Positions 38,948 through 50,658 of a DNA stretch of 64,000 nucleotides are shown piece after piece; the stretch's first letter is position 1, and every line of letters begins with the position of its first letter. The notes under the pieces were generated by a model. That model was not told where the DNA came from. It was given only the letters and a program-made list of their open reading frames with translations, and made no database searches. The position numbers and the translations under genes were made by a program. The stretch spans positions 78,368,001 through 78,432,000 of the forward strand of contig OX597818.1 in NCBI GenBank assembly GCA_951406725.2. The letters are read 5' to 3'. The stretch is from Octopus vulgaris (taxonomy: Eukaryota).

Positions 38948-41900
38948 TATGTTTGACTTTTGCTTTATGTCTGTACAAGTTGGCTCCAAGTCTCACCCAG
39001 AGACCTCAAGAGACAACAGGTTGGAAGTTCTGTGCCATATATTTGGGGGGTTTTTTGGGGGTTTTTTTTTGGTGTTGTACTAGTGAATGTCTAATACATA
39101 AAAAAAAAATAATAAAAAATAAATAAATAAATAAAATAAATAAAAAATTAAAAAAATAAAAAGTAAAAATAGAAATATAAAAAGTTTGTTTTAAACCTTG
39201 GGATTACATAGAAAGTATTTTGCGTAGGATATGAGCAGTTCCCATGAGCACTATCTTTTGAATTTCTGCCATTTTGGGGTTTCCTGGTATCTGAGTTATG
39301 TAGCAATCAGTCCCTTTCGCTATCATTCCCAGGGCACCTATGACAACAGGTATTGTTTTAGTCTTCAGCTTCCACATTTTGCTGATTTCTATTTCAAGAT
39401 CTTTATATTTGCTCAGTTTTTGGTAGGTCTTGACAGATACGTTTATATCGATTGGGACAGTCATATCAATGAGGAGGCATGTTCTTTGTCTGAAGTCTTT
39501 CAATATGATGTCTGGCCTATTTGCATCTATCTTCCTGTCAGTTTGAATGGTGAAGTTCCAGAGGAGTGAGATGTGGTCATTTTCAAGCACTGGAGGTGGA
39601 TTGTGTTCCCACCAGTTTTTTTCATGGGGCAAGTTGAGGCTTTTGCAAATTACCCTGTGAATATATTGTGCAGCTCTATCATGCCTATTGAGGTACTCTG
39701 TAGGCGCTAGAAGACTGCATTTGGAGACAACATGATCAATGGTTTCATTTTGTTGTCGGCATACACATGTTGGGCTACTGCCGTTCTTTAATGTGTTGGC
39801 CTAGTAGTTTCTTGTTGGTAGGCATTGATCTTGAGCTGCTATGATAAACCCCTCTGTTTCAGATTTTAAGCCAGAGGCCATTAGCCATTGATGGGTCAGG
39901 GCTTTGTCGATATCTGCATTATTCGCTCTCTTTGGGTATTTGCCATAGAGAGGTTTTTCTTGCCATTTATTATTCAGAATATCTAAGGCCGCAGTTTTGG
40001 CACGGGTTTTCATGCGCCTAGCTTTTTCTGTGCTTGTTTCTTGTATGTCTATCTCTAATTCCGAAATTGGTTGTATTCGGAATTCACTTAGATATTCCTT
40101 TGCCTGTTTTGTGACTGAGTATGATGCTTTCTTGTTTTCATGTTTTGAGACAAGTTTTAACATCCAGTCCTCAGAGTTTTTCAGGTAGGTGTCTAGGCCA
40201 ATTGTAGCAATCTTCATTGTTATTACCAGTTGCAAAAGACCACGGCCTCCCTCTTTTCTTGGCAGATAGAGTCGTTCTGTATCTGCCTTAGGGTGGTGCA
40301 TTCTATGCATTGTCAACAGTTTCCTTATTTTTCTGTCGAGCTGACGTATTTTAGTAATTGACCAGTTAACAATATTGAAACTGTAAGTCACGACTGGTAT
40401 GGCTAATGCATTGATCGCTTCGATCCTGTTTCTTGCATTCAGCTCTGTCTTGAGTATTGCTCTCACTCTTTGATAGCATTCTCTCCTGATCCTTTCCTTC
40501 ATCTCTGAATGCTTTATTCCGTTCCCTTCAATTACCCCTAGGTATTTGTAGCTCTCCGCTGGGTCTAGTTCTTTTATGACATTCTGCTGGTCAAGGTTAA
40601 TGTTAGATGTTTCTATCATTTTTCCTTTGATAAAGGTAGCTTTTGCACATTTATCGAGGCCGAATTGCATTCTGATGTCGTCACTGAATTGTTTGACTAT
40701 CGCTAGTAAGCCCTTGAGTTGTTGTTCATTTTTTGCAAAAAGCCTTAAATCATCCATGTAAATGAGATGATTTATATTTTTATCAAACATTTTATACCCG
40801 TACTGCGCGTCATTGAGCAGCTTTGAGAGAGGTATTAAGGATAAACAAAAGAGGAGTGGTGACAGTGAGTCCCCCTGGAAAATGCCACACGAAATTTTTA
40901 CATCACCAGCATTTAGGGATTCGTTGTCACTGTTCAGAGTTAGTGTGGTTCTCCATGATCTCATACTTACAGTCAATAAGTTTCGCAGAGTAGGTGCTAT
41001 CTTATACATTTCCAGGCATTTCCTAATCCAGCTATGTGGTAGGTTATCAAAAGCCTTTTTATAGTCTATCCAGGCTATTGATAAGTTTTTGTGTCGTTTG
41101 TGACAATCTTCTAAGATCATCTTATTGATGAGTAGTTGGTCTTTACAGCCGTAGGATCCACGTTTACATCCTTTCTGTTCATTAGGGAATATGCTGCGGT
41201 CTGTTAAAAAACTATAGATATATTCCGTCAGGACAGATGTTAGTGTTGTGTACATAGTTGTTAAGCAGGTTATGGGTCTATAGTTTTTTGCTTCATTTGT
41301 TTCTTCACTTTTTGGAAGCAGGAATGTTAACCCATTAACTAGCCAATGAGGCATCCTACTAGGGTGTTACAAAACATCATTGTACAGTTCTATTAGCAGT
41401 TCATGGCTCTCTGGGAAGGCATTCAGCCAGAAGTTAGGAATTTTATCCTTTCCTGGAGACTTCCATTTGCTTGACCTCCTGAGAGCAGATCTTATATCTT
41501 CTACCTTGACACCCTCCCACTTTTGCTCTTCTAAGGGGTCCATTTCTGTAGATATTCTGTCAATCCAGGGGGCCTTTTCGTTGTGTGTTTTTTCTTCTGC
41601 CCAGATTTTATTCCAAAATCCCTGCACTTCTTCTTTTGATGGTACAAACCTTGCAGTAAACGCTGTTTTTCCTATCTTCCTGTAAAAATTCTTGGTGTTA
41701 TTTTTGAACATGTTGTTGTCCTTGAAAAATCTAACACGCTTTTCATACCTCGCTATGCGGGCAGCTTTGGCAGATACCTTTTGTTTGATGGTTTCTATGG
41801 TGGCATCAATATCAAGTATAGTTTTCATATTGTATTTTTTCAGTAATTTTGGGGTTTTTGTAGGTTTGGTAGTCTTGTGAGCCTTAAGGTTTTTCAAATA

Positions 41901-42225
41901 TTCAATGTCAGATCTAAATATTTTAATTTGTTGTTGCAGACGCTCTTGCCAAGAAGGCTTTTTGTGGGAATGTTGCCGTTTTCTAATCTTTACACCACAT
42001 AGGATCGTTGAGATTTTCGCGGATGCATAGTATAGGTGGTTGAGGTTTGTGATATCAACATCATTAGCTGAAATTATATCCTTAAGTGCAAGCCGGATTT
42101 TACCAATTATTTTCATGTTTTGGTTAGAGTTGCGGATTTTAGGAAGTGTATCACGTTCATCCATGCTGGTTTCTTTAATTTTCAGCCATTCAATCATGAT
42201 TTGATTTTTTAGCTCATGTAGTTCT
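38947..42225 (-). mobile_element. R4/Dong-type RLE LINE (family A), 3.3 kb, single frame with two in-frame stops
   Basis: RT motifs NYRPITCL, AWIDYKKAFD, GIFQGDSLSPLLF, YMDD, YKYLG, then a CCHC knuckle and RLE PD..D..P..K..KY. Stops at 41367-41369 (TAA) and 39801-39803 (TAG). 3' end in (TAA)n. Confidence 0.96.
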
Positions 42226-42283
42226 GAATCCAATTTCTTCAATTATATATATATATATATTGTTATTATTATTATTATTATTT

Positions 42284-42720
42284 TAAGAGGCACGGAAGTA
42301 CCGTCAGCCGGGCCTGTCCGAGGTGCGTGCAGAACGATGAAACCGTTCTGCATGCCCTCGTCCAGGACCCGAGTACTGCTGACCTGTGAGTTTATGACGA
42401 GCATCTGCTATCGCGTGTAGGACGGATCCAGCTATTAGCTGAATCCATAGTGAAGATTGCCCTGCTGCCCTCCTTTGGCCGGGAGGGACAGGAAGTTTTT
42501 ATTTGTCTGGTGGCTGTAGCGAAATAGGTAGTATGGTGGACTCGTCTAAAAGGGCTAGAGTGAGACATTTTCCTCTTTGGTCAAGCCCTCATCAACTTTT
42601 TCAAGTTTCACCAGAAAAGGAAGTTAAAGGTGGAGAAGGAAGTGTTGTCTTCTAGGAAGTTTGTTACACTGTCATTTTATGTTATTTTATGTAAGCCTTT
42701 GTGGCTAATAAAAGAATTTA
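42284..42720 (+). mobile_element. Tx1-like LINE 3' fragment flanked by (TTA)n
   Basis: CPRCVQNDETVLHALVQ. Homologous to 50930-51300, and ends ctaataaaagaatt-tattac/ttatt. Confidence 0.8.
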
Positions 42721-42810
42721 TTACTATTATAATTATTATTAATTATTATTATTATCATCACCATCATCATCATCGTTGTCGTCGTCGTCGTCGTCATCAT
42801 CATTATTATT

Positions 42811-43366
42811 GAGTGAGAGAGCAGTGCATGCCATCAAAGTGGCACTGGGTGCAAATATACGAAACTCAATATACCGGTCATGACTAACTGTCTGGTAAGG
42901 GTACACCAGGCACATGCATCACAACCATATGTGCGCGACATGGTGACCTCATATCAAAATAAACGGCGCATAACCTTGCAGGTGAGGGCCCAGTTAGAAT
43001 TTTCTTCAGGTCCAGTAGCCTATTCTGCTCCAAACTTTCCTGAATAAGGTTTTGTCTAATGGTGTTGAACGAAAGACCCCTGTTTCCAGTGGTGAATTAT
43101 TCAAACTCAAAAATTCCTCTCAATACATGGCTATGATGCTCCACCACTACTCCTACTCATGATCAGAGATGCACATATTGTCAGCCACTAAGAGACATGC
43201 TCAACTAGTTAAGGTCAAACAACTAACAAGCAAATCTGTGGTATTGAGCAGAATATTTACTGTAGCCGATGTTTTATAACCAAGACACAACATGTACATG
43301 ATAACATCTCCAATCAGTTAAGATCAGAAGGCATGAGAGCCAGTGCCTGATACTGCAGCCGGGTAT
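42811..43366 (-). mobile_element. Non-coding (TAA)n-tailed retroelement, longest copy
   Basis: Reverse complement of 44771-45245 with a ~80 bp longer 5' end. Same 3' end ...gcactgctctctcactc-aataataat. Confidence 0.85.
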
Positions 43367-43659
43367 TTCATTATCGCTATTATGGTCTAGTGGTTAGGGT
43401 GCTAAACTCACGATCGCGAGATCTTGGTTTTAATTCTTATACCGGGTGGTGCGTTATGTTCTTGAGCAAAATACGTCATCTCATGCTGCTCTGCGATCAT
43501 TTCGACACATGACATGTAACACACCGTCCAACGTCGATTTGATGGAGTAAGTGAGCTGATGTACGGCACATACATTTGATCACTATAAGCAAATCATTTG
43601 CGCAGGTCGTTCGGCAAAAGCTGAACACTCATATATCGTCTTCGATGGTGTCAAAAAGT

Positions 43660-44693
43660 AATGAAAAATACATTGAGGGCGGTAAAAGTGAAAGAACACT
43701 AAAATTTAGTAAAAAGAAAGGTGCCCTAGGAAGTAAGAAAGAAAAAGCCGAACAAGCAAACAGCATAGAATTCTCTTTAGCAAGACCGTATGAAAAAGCA
43801 CTGAGCTGGAGAATACTTAAGAGAAGAGGATATATAGAGAGCTACTAAAGGTACAAGAATGGCAGTCCAAGAACGGGCCATAAAGACACGGTCATCTAGA
43901 AATCATGGATATGGTGGATATATCACCATTGCATTGATTACGTGGTAAAAAAGAAGAGGCTATATTCATTTAGTATCACTGTGTAAAAATCTGACGTAGA
44001 AACAAAACAAAGGCTGGAAAGACAATAAAATTTCATTGGTTATACTTCAGCAAACTCACAAAAGTGGTTTGATCAACGGAAGTTGTTGAAAATTTTATGA
44101 GAAATGAAAATGCAGACAGACAAGGAACTGGAATATTGAAGACCGGATTTTGTTAACTAGAGAAAGGTACTAGAACTTGTATGTTTATAAATTACAGCTT
44201 TACCATTTGACATCAGGATGAAGGAAACAGAAAAAGAGAAGGAAGATAAATACCAGGATCTAAAGTAGGAATTACAAAGGCTTTGGAAGCGTAGATGGAT
44301 AAAGGTAATCCTGCCATAGTAAGATCACGAGGAAAAGTGTCTAGAAATATCAATGGGTTTTACTGGTTGTTATACTAAAACTTTTATGATAATAGATGAA
44401 ACATGCCTATTTGATAGCAAGGTAAAGGAAAGATAATGAAAAGACAGATAAATACCAGGATATAAATTGGGAATTAAAAAGTTTTTTTTTAGAACTCGTG
44501 AGAAGATGGGGTAATTCCTCTCACAATAGGATCACGAGGAATAATGTCTGGAAATATCACCAAATGGGATTCCTGAAATCAGAACACTAACTTTACAGTA
44601 TAGCTAGAATCTTAAGATGTATGCTGAATATCTAAAGGTTTGATGTTCAGCAAATAAAAGGCCGCGGCAGAGTCACTAAGACTACAGCTGATC

Positions 44694-44695
<2 letters not shown>
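43660..44695 (+). mobile_element. Highly decayed RLE LINE 3' fragment with internal duplication
   Basis: Remnants of PD..V, EKEKEDKYQDLK.ELQRLW are present twice (44225 and 44430). Ends in (TAA)n. Confidence 0.65.
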
Positions 44696-44770
<75 letters not shown>

Positions 44771-45245
44771 GTCTTGGTATAAAAGATGGGCTAGAGCAAA
44801 TATTCTGCTCAATACCACAGATTTGCTTGTCAGTTGTTTGACTTTAACCAGTTGAGCATGTCCCTTAGTGGCTGACGATATGTGCATCTCTGATCACGAG
44901 CAGAAGTAGTGGCGGAGCATCATAGCCATGTGTTAAGAGGGATTCTTTGGGGTTTGAATAATTCACCTCTGGAAACATGGGTGGTTTTTTCAACATCCTT
45001 AAACAACCCTTATTCAGGGACCGTTTGAGCGGGATGGGCTACTCAACCTGAAGAAAATTCTAACTGGGCCCCACCTGCAAGGTCATGTGCTGTTTATCTT
45101 GATATGAGATCACCATGTCGCGCACATATGGTTGTGATGCATGTGCCTGGTGTACCTTTATCAGACGGGTAGTCATGATGGGTATATTGGGCTTCGTATA
45201 TTTTACCCCAGTGTCACTTTGATGGCATGAACTGCTCTCTCACTC
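44771..45245 (+). mobile_element. Non-coding (TAA)n-tailed retroelement flanked by (TAA)n on both sides
   Basis: Homologous to 42811-43290 and 53798-53943. No ORF. Confidence 0.88.
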
Positions 45246-45322
<77 letters not shown>

Positions 45323-45384
45323 TGATGATGATGGTGATGATGATGATGATGATTTATTTTATTTGCCAACAACAACAATAATAA

Positions 45385-46138
45385 TTGGCTGGATTGGCTG
45401 AGGAAAGGAATATTGAAAAAGAGACTGAGAACACTTTACTGGCAGCACTAGACCAAACTTTAGCCACGAATTAGAGGGTGAATCTTAGGAATGAGCAAGT
45501 GTCTCCGGTGTACAGCATATCACGAACGAGTGCCCTAGACTTGCCCCAAACTATTACAAGTTGTGACGACACGGTAAGGTAGCGAAAGAGTCACATAGGC
45601 AACTGCGGTAGAGGTTAGAGAGAGGTAAGACGTCATATGAGCACAAACGGCAGAGGGTGACAGAACCGGAGACTTTCAATATCCTCTGGGATTTTCCAAT
45701 CCAAACTGATCAGGTGCTAGAGCATAACAGACCGGACCTAGTGGTGGTCCACAAGATGCATCACCTGTGCTATCTAGTTGATGCTACATGCCCCTTTGAC
45801 CCACGAATAATCAAGAAGGAAGGCGAAAAAAATAGATAAATACAACCCTCTGAAGTACGACAAAGCTCGGCTATGGAAAATGAAGAAGGCGAAGATAGTG
45901 CCAATTATTGTTGGGTTCTTGGGAACAGTATCAGAAGGAATCAAGGAGAATATAAAGGAAATAGGAATAGAGTGCCCAGTAGGACTGTTACGAAATGTTT
46001 GCCTCCTTGGCATGGCCAAAATAATAAGGAAAGTACAGATGGCTGAAAAGAATGAATAGCTTGGTGCTGTAGGCTGCAGGTAGTAAGCTCGCTACGCATG
46101 CAAGGCTCCAGGAGCTCCAACAACACTTGTGATAAAGA
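45385..46138 (+). mobile_element. RLE LINE 3' fragment (family C)
   Basis: ILWDFPIQTDQVLEHNRPDLVVV..YLVDATCPFD..K..KY..L. TAA-type tracts on both sides. Confidence 0.85.
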
Positions 46139-46336
46139 TAATAATAATAATGATGATGATGATGATAACAACAACAACAACAACAATAATAATAATAATA
46201 ATAACAATAATAATAGGGACGTTATAATTTAGTGCAACCATGAGATAGAGAATAGGAAGCCAGACATAGTGTTAATTGAGTAAGAAAGCAAACGATGCTG
46301 ACAACAAGGTATGCGATAATAATAATAATAATAATG

Positions 46337-46475
<139 letters not shown>

Positions 46476-46515
46476 TGATGATGATGATGATGATGAAGGG
46501 GACAATACAAAGACA

Positions 46516-46920
46516 GACATAAAGTGTTGGGGTTTACATAAAATGGAACGATAAAATAAAAGGTATACACGGTATACATTAGAAAGAAGAGAAGTATTCA
46601 TAGTATATGACACCAGAAAAAGAGGTGCGGAAAAGGATCGTGATGGGATTCCCCTGATTCAGGGGGACCTCAAGCGATAATCAAGGAACCCCACCATCCA
46701 AGATCAACCTGAGTACCAAGGACGAGTGCCCTCTCCAACTTATTTCTTCTGACTCACAGGTCTATACTAAGAGTGGTACCACCCACTCTTGCTATTTTTG
46801 CAACTTTCACCCACCTTTTGATAAATTCACTCGAGAGCATCATCTCCCTCTGCATCCTCACTTTCCTTTTCAAGTGAAACTTCAAAAAATCGATGAGGGA
46901 TTTACCAAAGGGGAAAGTTT
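46516..46920 (-). mobile_element. Tx1-like LINE extreme 3' fragment
   Basis: Near-identical to 32806-33180, apart from a ~28 bp indel. Confidence 0.8.
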
Positions 46921-46975
46921 ACAAATACTTTTTCAACTTACGGAGCACCAAATTTCCGTAACTTCACAGTATGAC

Positions 46976-47071
<96 letters not shown>

Positions 47072-47072
<1 letters not shown>

Positions 47073-47163
47073 TCAGAGCATCACAACAAATCACAGCACA
47101 TACCCAAGGCACACAGAGCTGCGCTCGGTAGTGAAGTGAAAGCACGCTATAAAAATAAAACTA

Positions 47164-47243
<80 letters not shown>

Positions 47244-48611
47244 TAATAATAATAATAAATAATAATAACTGGACACTAAATGAACTGACCAAAATAGATA
47301 GGAAAACAAGAAAAATAATGACAGGATCTAGGATGCATCACCCAAAATCTGACATCGAAAGACTATATATACAACGTATAGAAGGTGGTAGAGGCCTTAT
47401 ACAGCTGGAAAACTACTATAAAATAACCACCATAGGACTGCAAAAATATCTACTTCAGAAGGAAGGAAAACTGATACAAATAGCGGTAAAACACGAGCAA
47501 AACAAAAAACTGTTTTCAGTATTTAAGGAAGCTGACAAATACAAACAAGAAATCATACCACCGAATAAATCTGAAGAAGAAGAAGAAGAAGAAGAAGAAG
47601 AAGAAGAAGAAGAAGAAGAAGAAGAAGAAGAAGAAGAAGAAGAAGAAGAAGAAGAAGAAGAAGAAGAAGAAGAAGAAGAAGAAGAAAAGCTATAAAACAA
47701 ATGAAATCCAAACTAAAAATAGAACAACAACGAACCATGATAAAACGATGGCAAGAAAAGCCCCTTCATGGTAAATACTGGACTAAATTAAACACAAAAG
47801 AAATAGACAAAGAAAAATCCCAGCAATGGTTGAGAAGCTCAGGACTCAAAGCAGAAACAGAGGGATTTTAATTGTAGCACAAGACCAAAGCCTCCCCACC
47901 AGAAATTACCAAAAACATGTAATGAAAAGAAATATATCAAGTAACTGTAGAATATGTGGAGATGGACAAGAAACAATAAATCATATTATCTCTGGCTGCC
48001 CAGTCCTGGCTAAGAAGGAATATATTCACAGACATGACAGAGTTGTAACCTACATACACTGGAAGCTATGCCAACATTATGGAATAACAACAGAAAAAAG
48101 ATGGTATAGGTACACACCAGAAAAGGTCACAGAAAACGAGAAAGCAACCATACTCTGGGATATGCCGATACACACAGATAGAGAAATTAAGGCCAACAGA
48201 CCAGATATAGTTGTCAGAGATCATGAAGAAAAAAATGCTTTCTAATTGATGTATCAATACCGGCAGATGACAACGTGTCTCTAAAAGAAATGGAGAAACT
48301 CTCAAAATACAAAGACCTGGAAATAGAGGTAACCAGAATGTGGAATCTAAAAACAGAAACAATTCCTATCATAGTAGGTGCATTAGGCATGATAAAAAAA
48401 ATTCAGACAAATACATAACAAAAACACCAGGACTTACAAACACATATAACATACAGAAAATTGCACTACTAGGCACTGCACACATCCTACGCAGAACACT
48501 TTCCATACACTAACCATCAGAGCATCACAACAAATCACAGCACATACCTAAGGCACACAGGGCTGCGCTCGGTAGTGAAGTGAAAGCACGCTATAAAAAT
48601 AAAACTACTGA
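47072..48611 (+). mobile_element. R4/Dong-type LINE (family B), 5'-truncated, preceded by a solo copy of its own 3' UTR
   Basis: HHPKSDIERLY..GGRGL, AQDQSLPTRNYQ, CRIC..ETINHIISGC, RHD, NRPDIV. The 3' UTR at 48517-48611 is duplicated at 47072-47168, and each copy is followed by (TAA)n. Confidence 0.92.
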
Positions 48612-48631
48612 ATAATTATAATAATGATAAC

Positions 48632-48669
<38 letters not shown>

Positions 48670-48691
48670 TGATGATGATGATGATGATGAA

Positions 48692-48784
<93 letters not shown>

Positions 48785-48813
48785 GATGATGATGATGATG
48801 ATGATGATGGTGA

Positions 48814-49322
48814 TGGAACTTCGCCATTCAAACTGACGGAAAGACAGATGTGAATAGGACAGACATTATATTGAAACATTTCAGAGAAAAATCATGCCTC
48901 CTCATTGATATGACTGTCCTAATCGACATAAATGTATCTTTCATGACCTACCAAAAACGGAGCAAGTACAAAGATCTTGCAAAAAGGAATTGGCAAAAGT
49001 GGAACATTTAGACTAAAACAATACCTGTTGGCGTAGGTGCCCTAGGAATTCAGGAAACTCCAAAATTGCAGAAATTCAAAAGATAGTGCTCATGGGAACT
49101 GCCCATATCCTACATAAAATACTGTCTATGTAATCTCAAATTTTAAAACAACCTTATAATTTTCGTATGTTTTCTTAAACCTTCTCTAGAACAATACTAT
49201 GTGCAAAACCAAATATATAACACCCTAGGCATAATACCAACTTGAACATGTAACTTGTCTCTTGAGGTCTCTGGGTGAGACTTGGAGTCAACTTGTACAA
49301 ATACAAAGCAAAAGTCAAACAT
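48814..49322 (+). mobile_element. R4/Dong-type LINE family A-related 3' fragment
   Basis: WNFAIQTD..LLIDMTV..IQKIVLMGTAHIL and a 3' UTR like 16640-16832. Lies between (GAT)n and (TAA)n. Confidence 0.88.
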
Positions 49323-49334
49323 ATAATAATAATA

Positions 49335-49421
<87 letters not shown>

Positions 49422-49444
49422 GTAATAATAATAATAATAATTAA

Positions 49445-50567
49445 GGTAATGTTTTTTGCATACTCAAAGAGGCAACAAAATACAAAACAGAAACAAACTA
49501 CACTGATACACTGATTTCATGTGACAATATAGCAGAAATGGTAAAAGATACAAAAACAACATGGAAATAGAAATACAAAACATGTTAAAGAAGAAATGGA
49601 GAGAAAATTACTTCATAGACATACCCTGCAAAGCTCTGAACCAAAAGCAGAAAAGGAAGGACATGATCAATGCCCGACTATAAAAGCAAAATAATGAAAA
49701 CAGACCTTAACACCAAATGCAGTATGTACAACCAGCAAAATGAGACCACATCATCTTTGGCTGTCCTCTCCTTGCCAAATCTGAATATATATAGAGAGAG
49801 AGACAAGACAGAGTAAATAGTTATAGCCACTGGACAAAATACCAACACTGCAACATAAAACTAGCAAGAAATGATATAAATGTGTGCCAAACAAGGTATA
49901 TGACTATGAACACTCCACAATCATCTGGGATGTCTGTTCAAACTAACAAGGAAATAAAAGCTAATAGCCCAAACATAACCAAGGATTAGAAAAATATACC
50001 TGCTTACTGATAGACAGGGCAGTGCTTTCTGGACAAAATATTGCCCAAAAGAAAGGGGAGAAGTTGTCAAAGTGCAAAGACCTCGAAACTGAAGTATTCA
50101 AGATGTGGGACATGAAGATGAAAACAATACCAATAATAATTTGAGCATTGGGTATGATAAACGTATTAACAAAAATGTAGAAGCTATACCTGTACCCTCA
50201 ACACTGCACACTATCCAAAAATAGTCCTGCTATGAACAGCCCACACTGTCAATTTAAAATTACAATCCAAGTAAAACAATCTACAAACACTAATATTTCA
50301 CTGAATAAACGACCTCCAGAAATTGTACTCTACAAGTCGGATACCTAAAAGAATACAGCTCGCATTACCCACACAATACACAATGCAAACACTAATACAA
50401 CAAAAGACTGCAACCAAACCCCTTAACAAAACACGCGGATGCAATACAATACCGGCAAGAGTTTCCACTCCCCAATAGCAAAAAAGAACACTATGCTGTA
50501 CACACCTCAGCAACATGGTGATGCAACAGGTGATGTTGTAGAAATCTACCTGAGACTATTAAATGCC

Positions 50568-50570
<3 letters not shown>
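49445..50570 (+). mobile_element. Decayed RLE LINE 3' fragment with long 3' UTR
   Basis: Remnants KCSM..NET, IIWD..QTNKEIKAN.P.I and EKLSKCKDLE.EV..MW. Ends in (CAA)n(TAA)n. Confidence 0.7.
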
Positions 50571-50605
<35 letters not shown>

Positions 50606-50607
50606 GC

Positions 50608-50657
<50 letters not shown>

Positions 50658-50658
<1 letters not shown>

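Noticed and set aside
47072-48611. LTR retroelement (97-bp direct terminal repeats)
   Set aside because: The repeats are LINE 3' UTRs followed by (TAA)n. There is no TG..CA, PBS or PPT, and the ORF is RLE-type.
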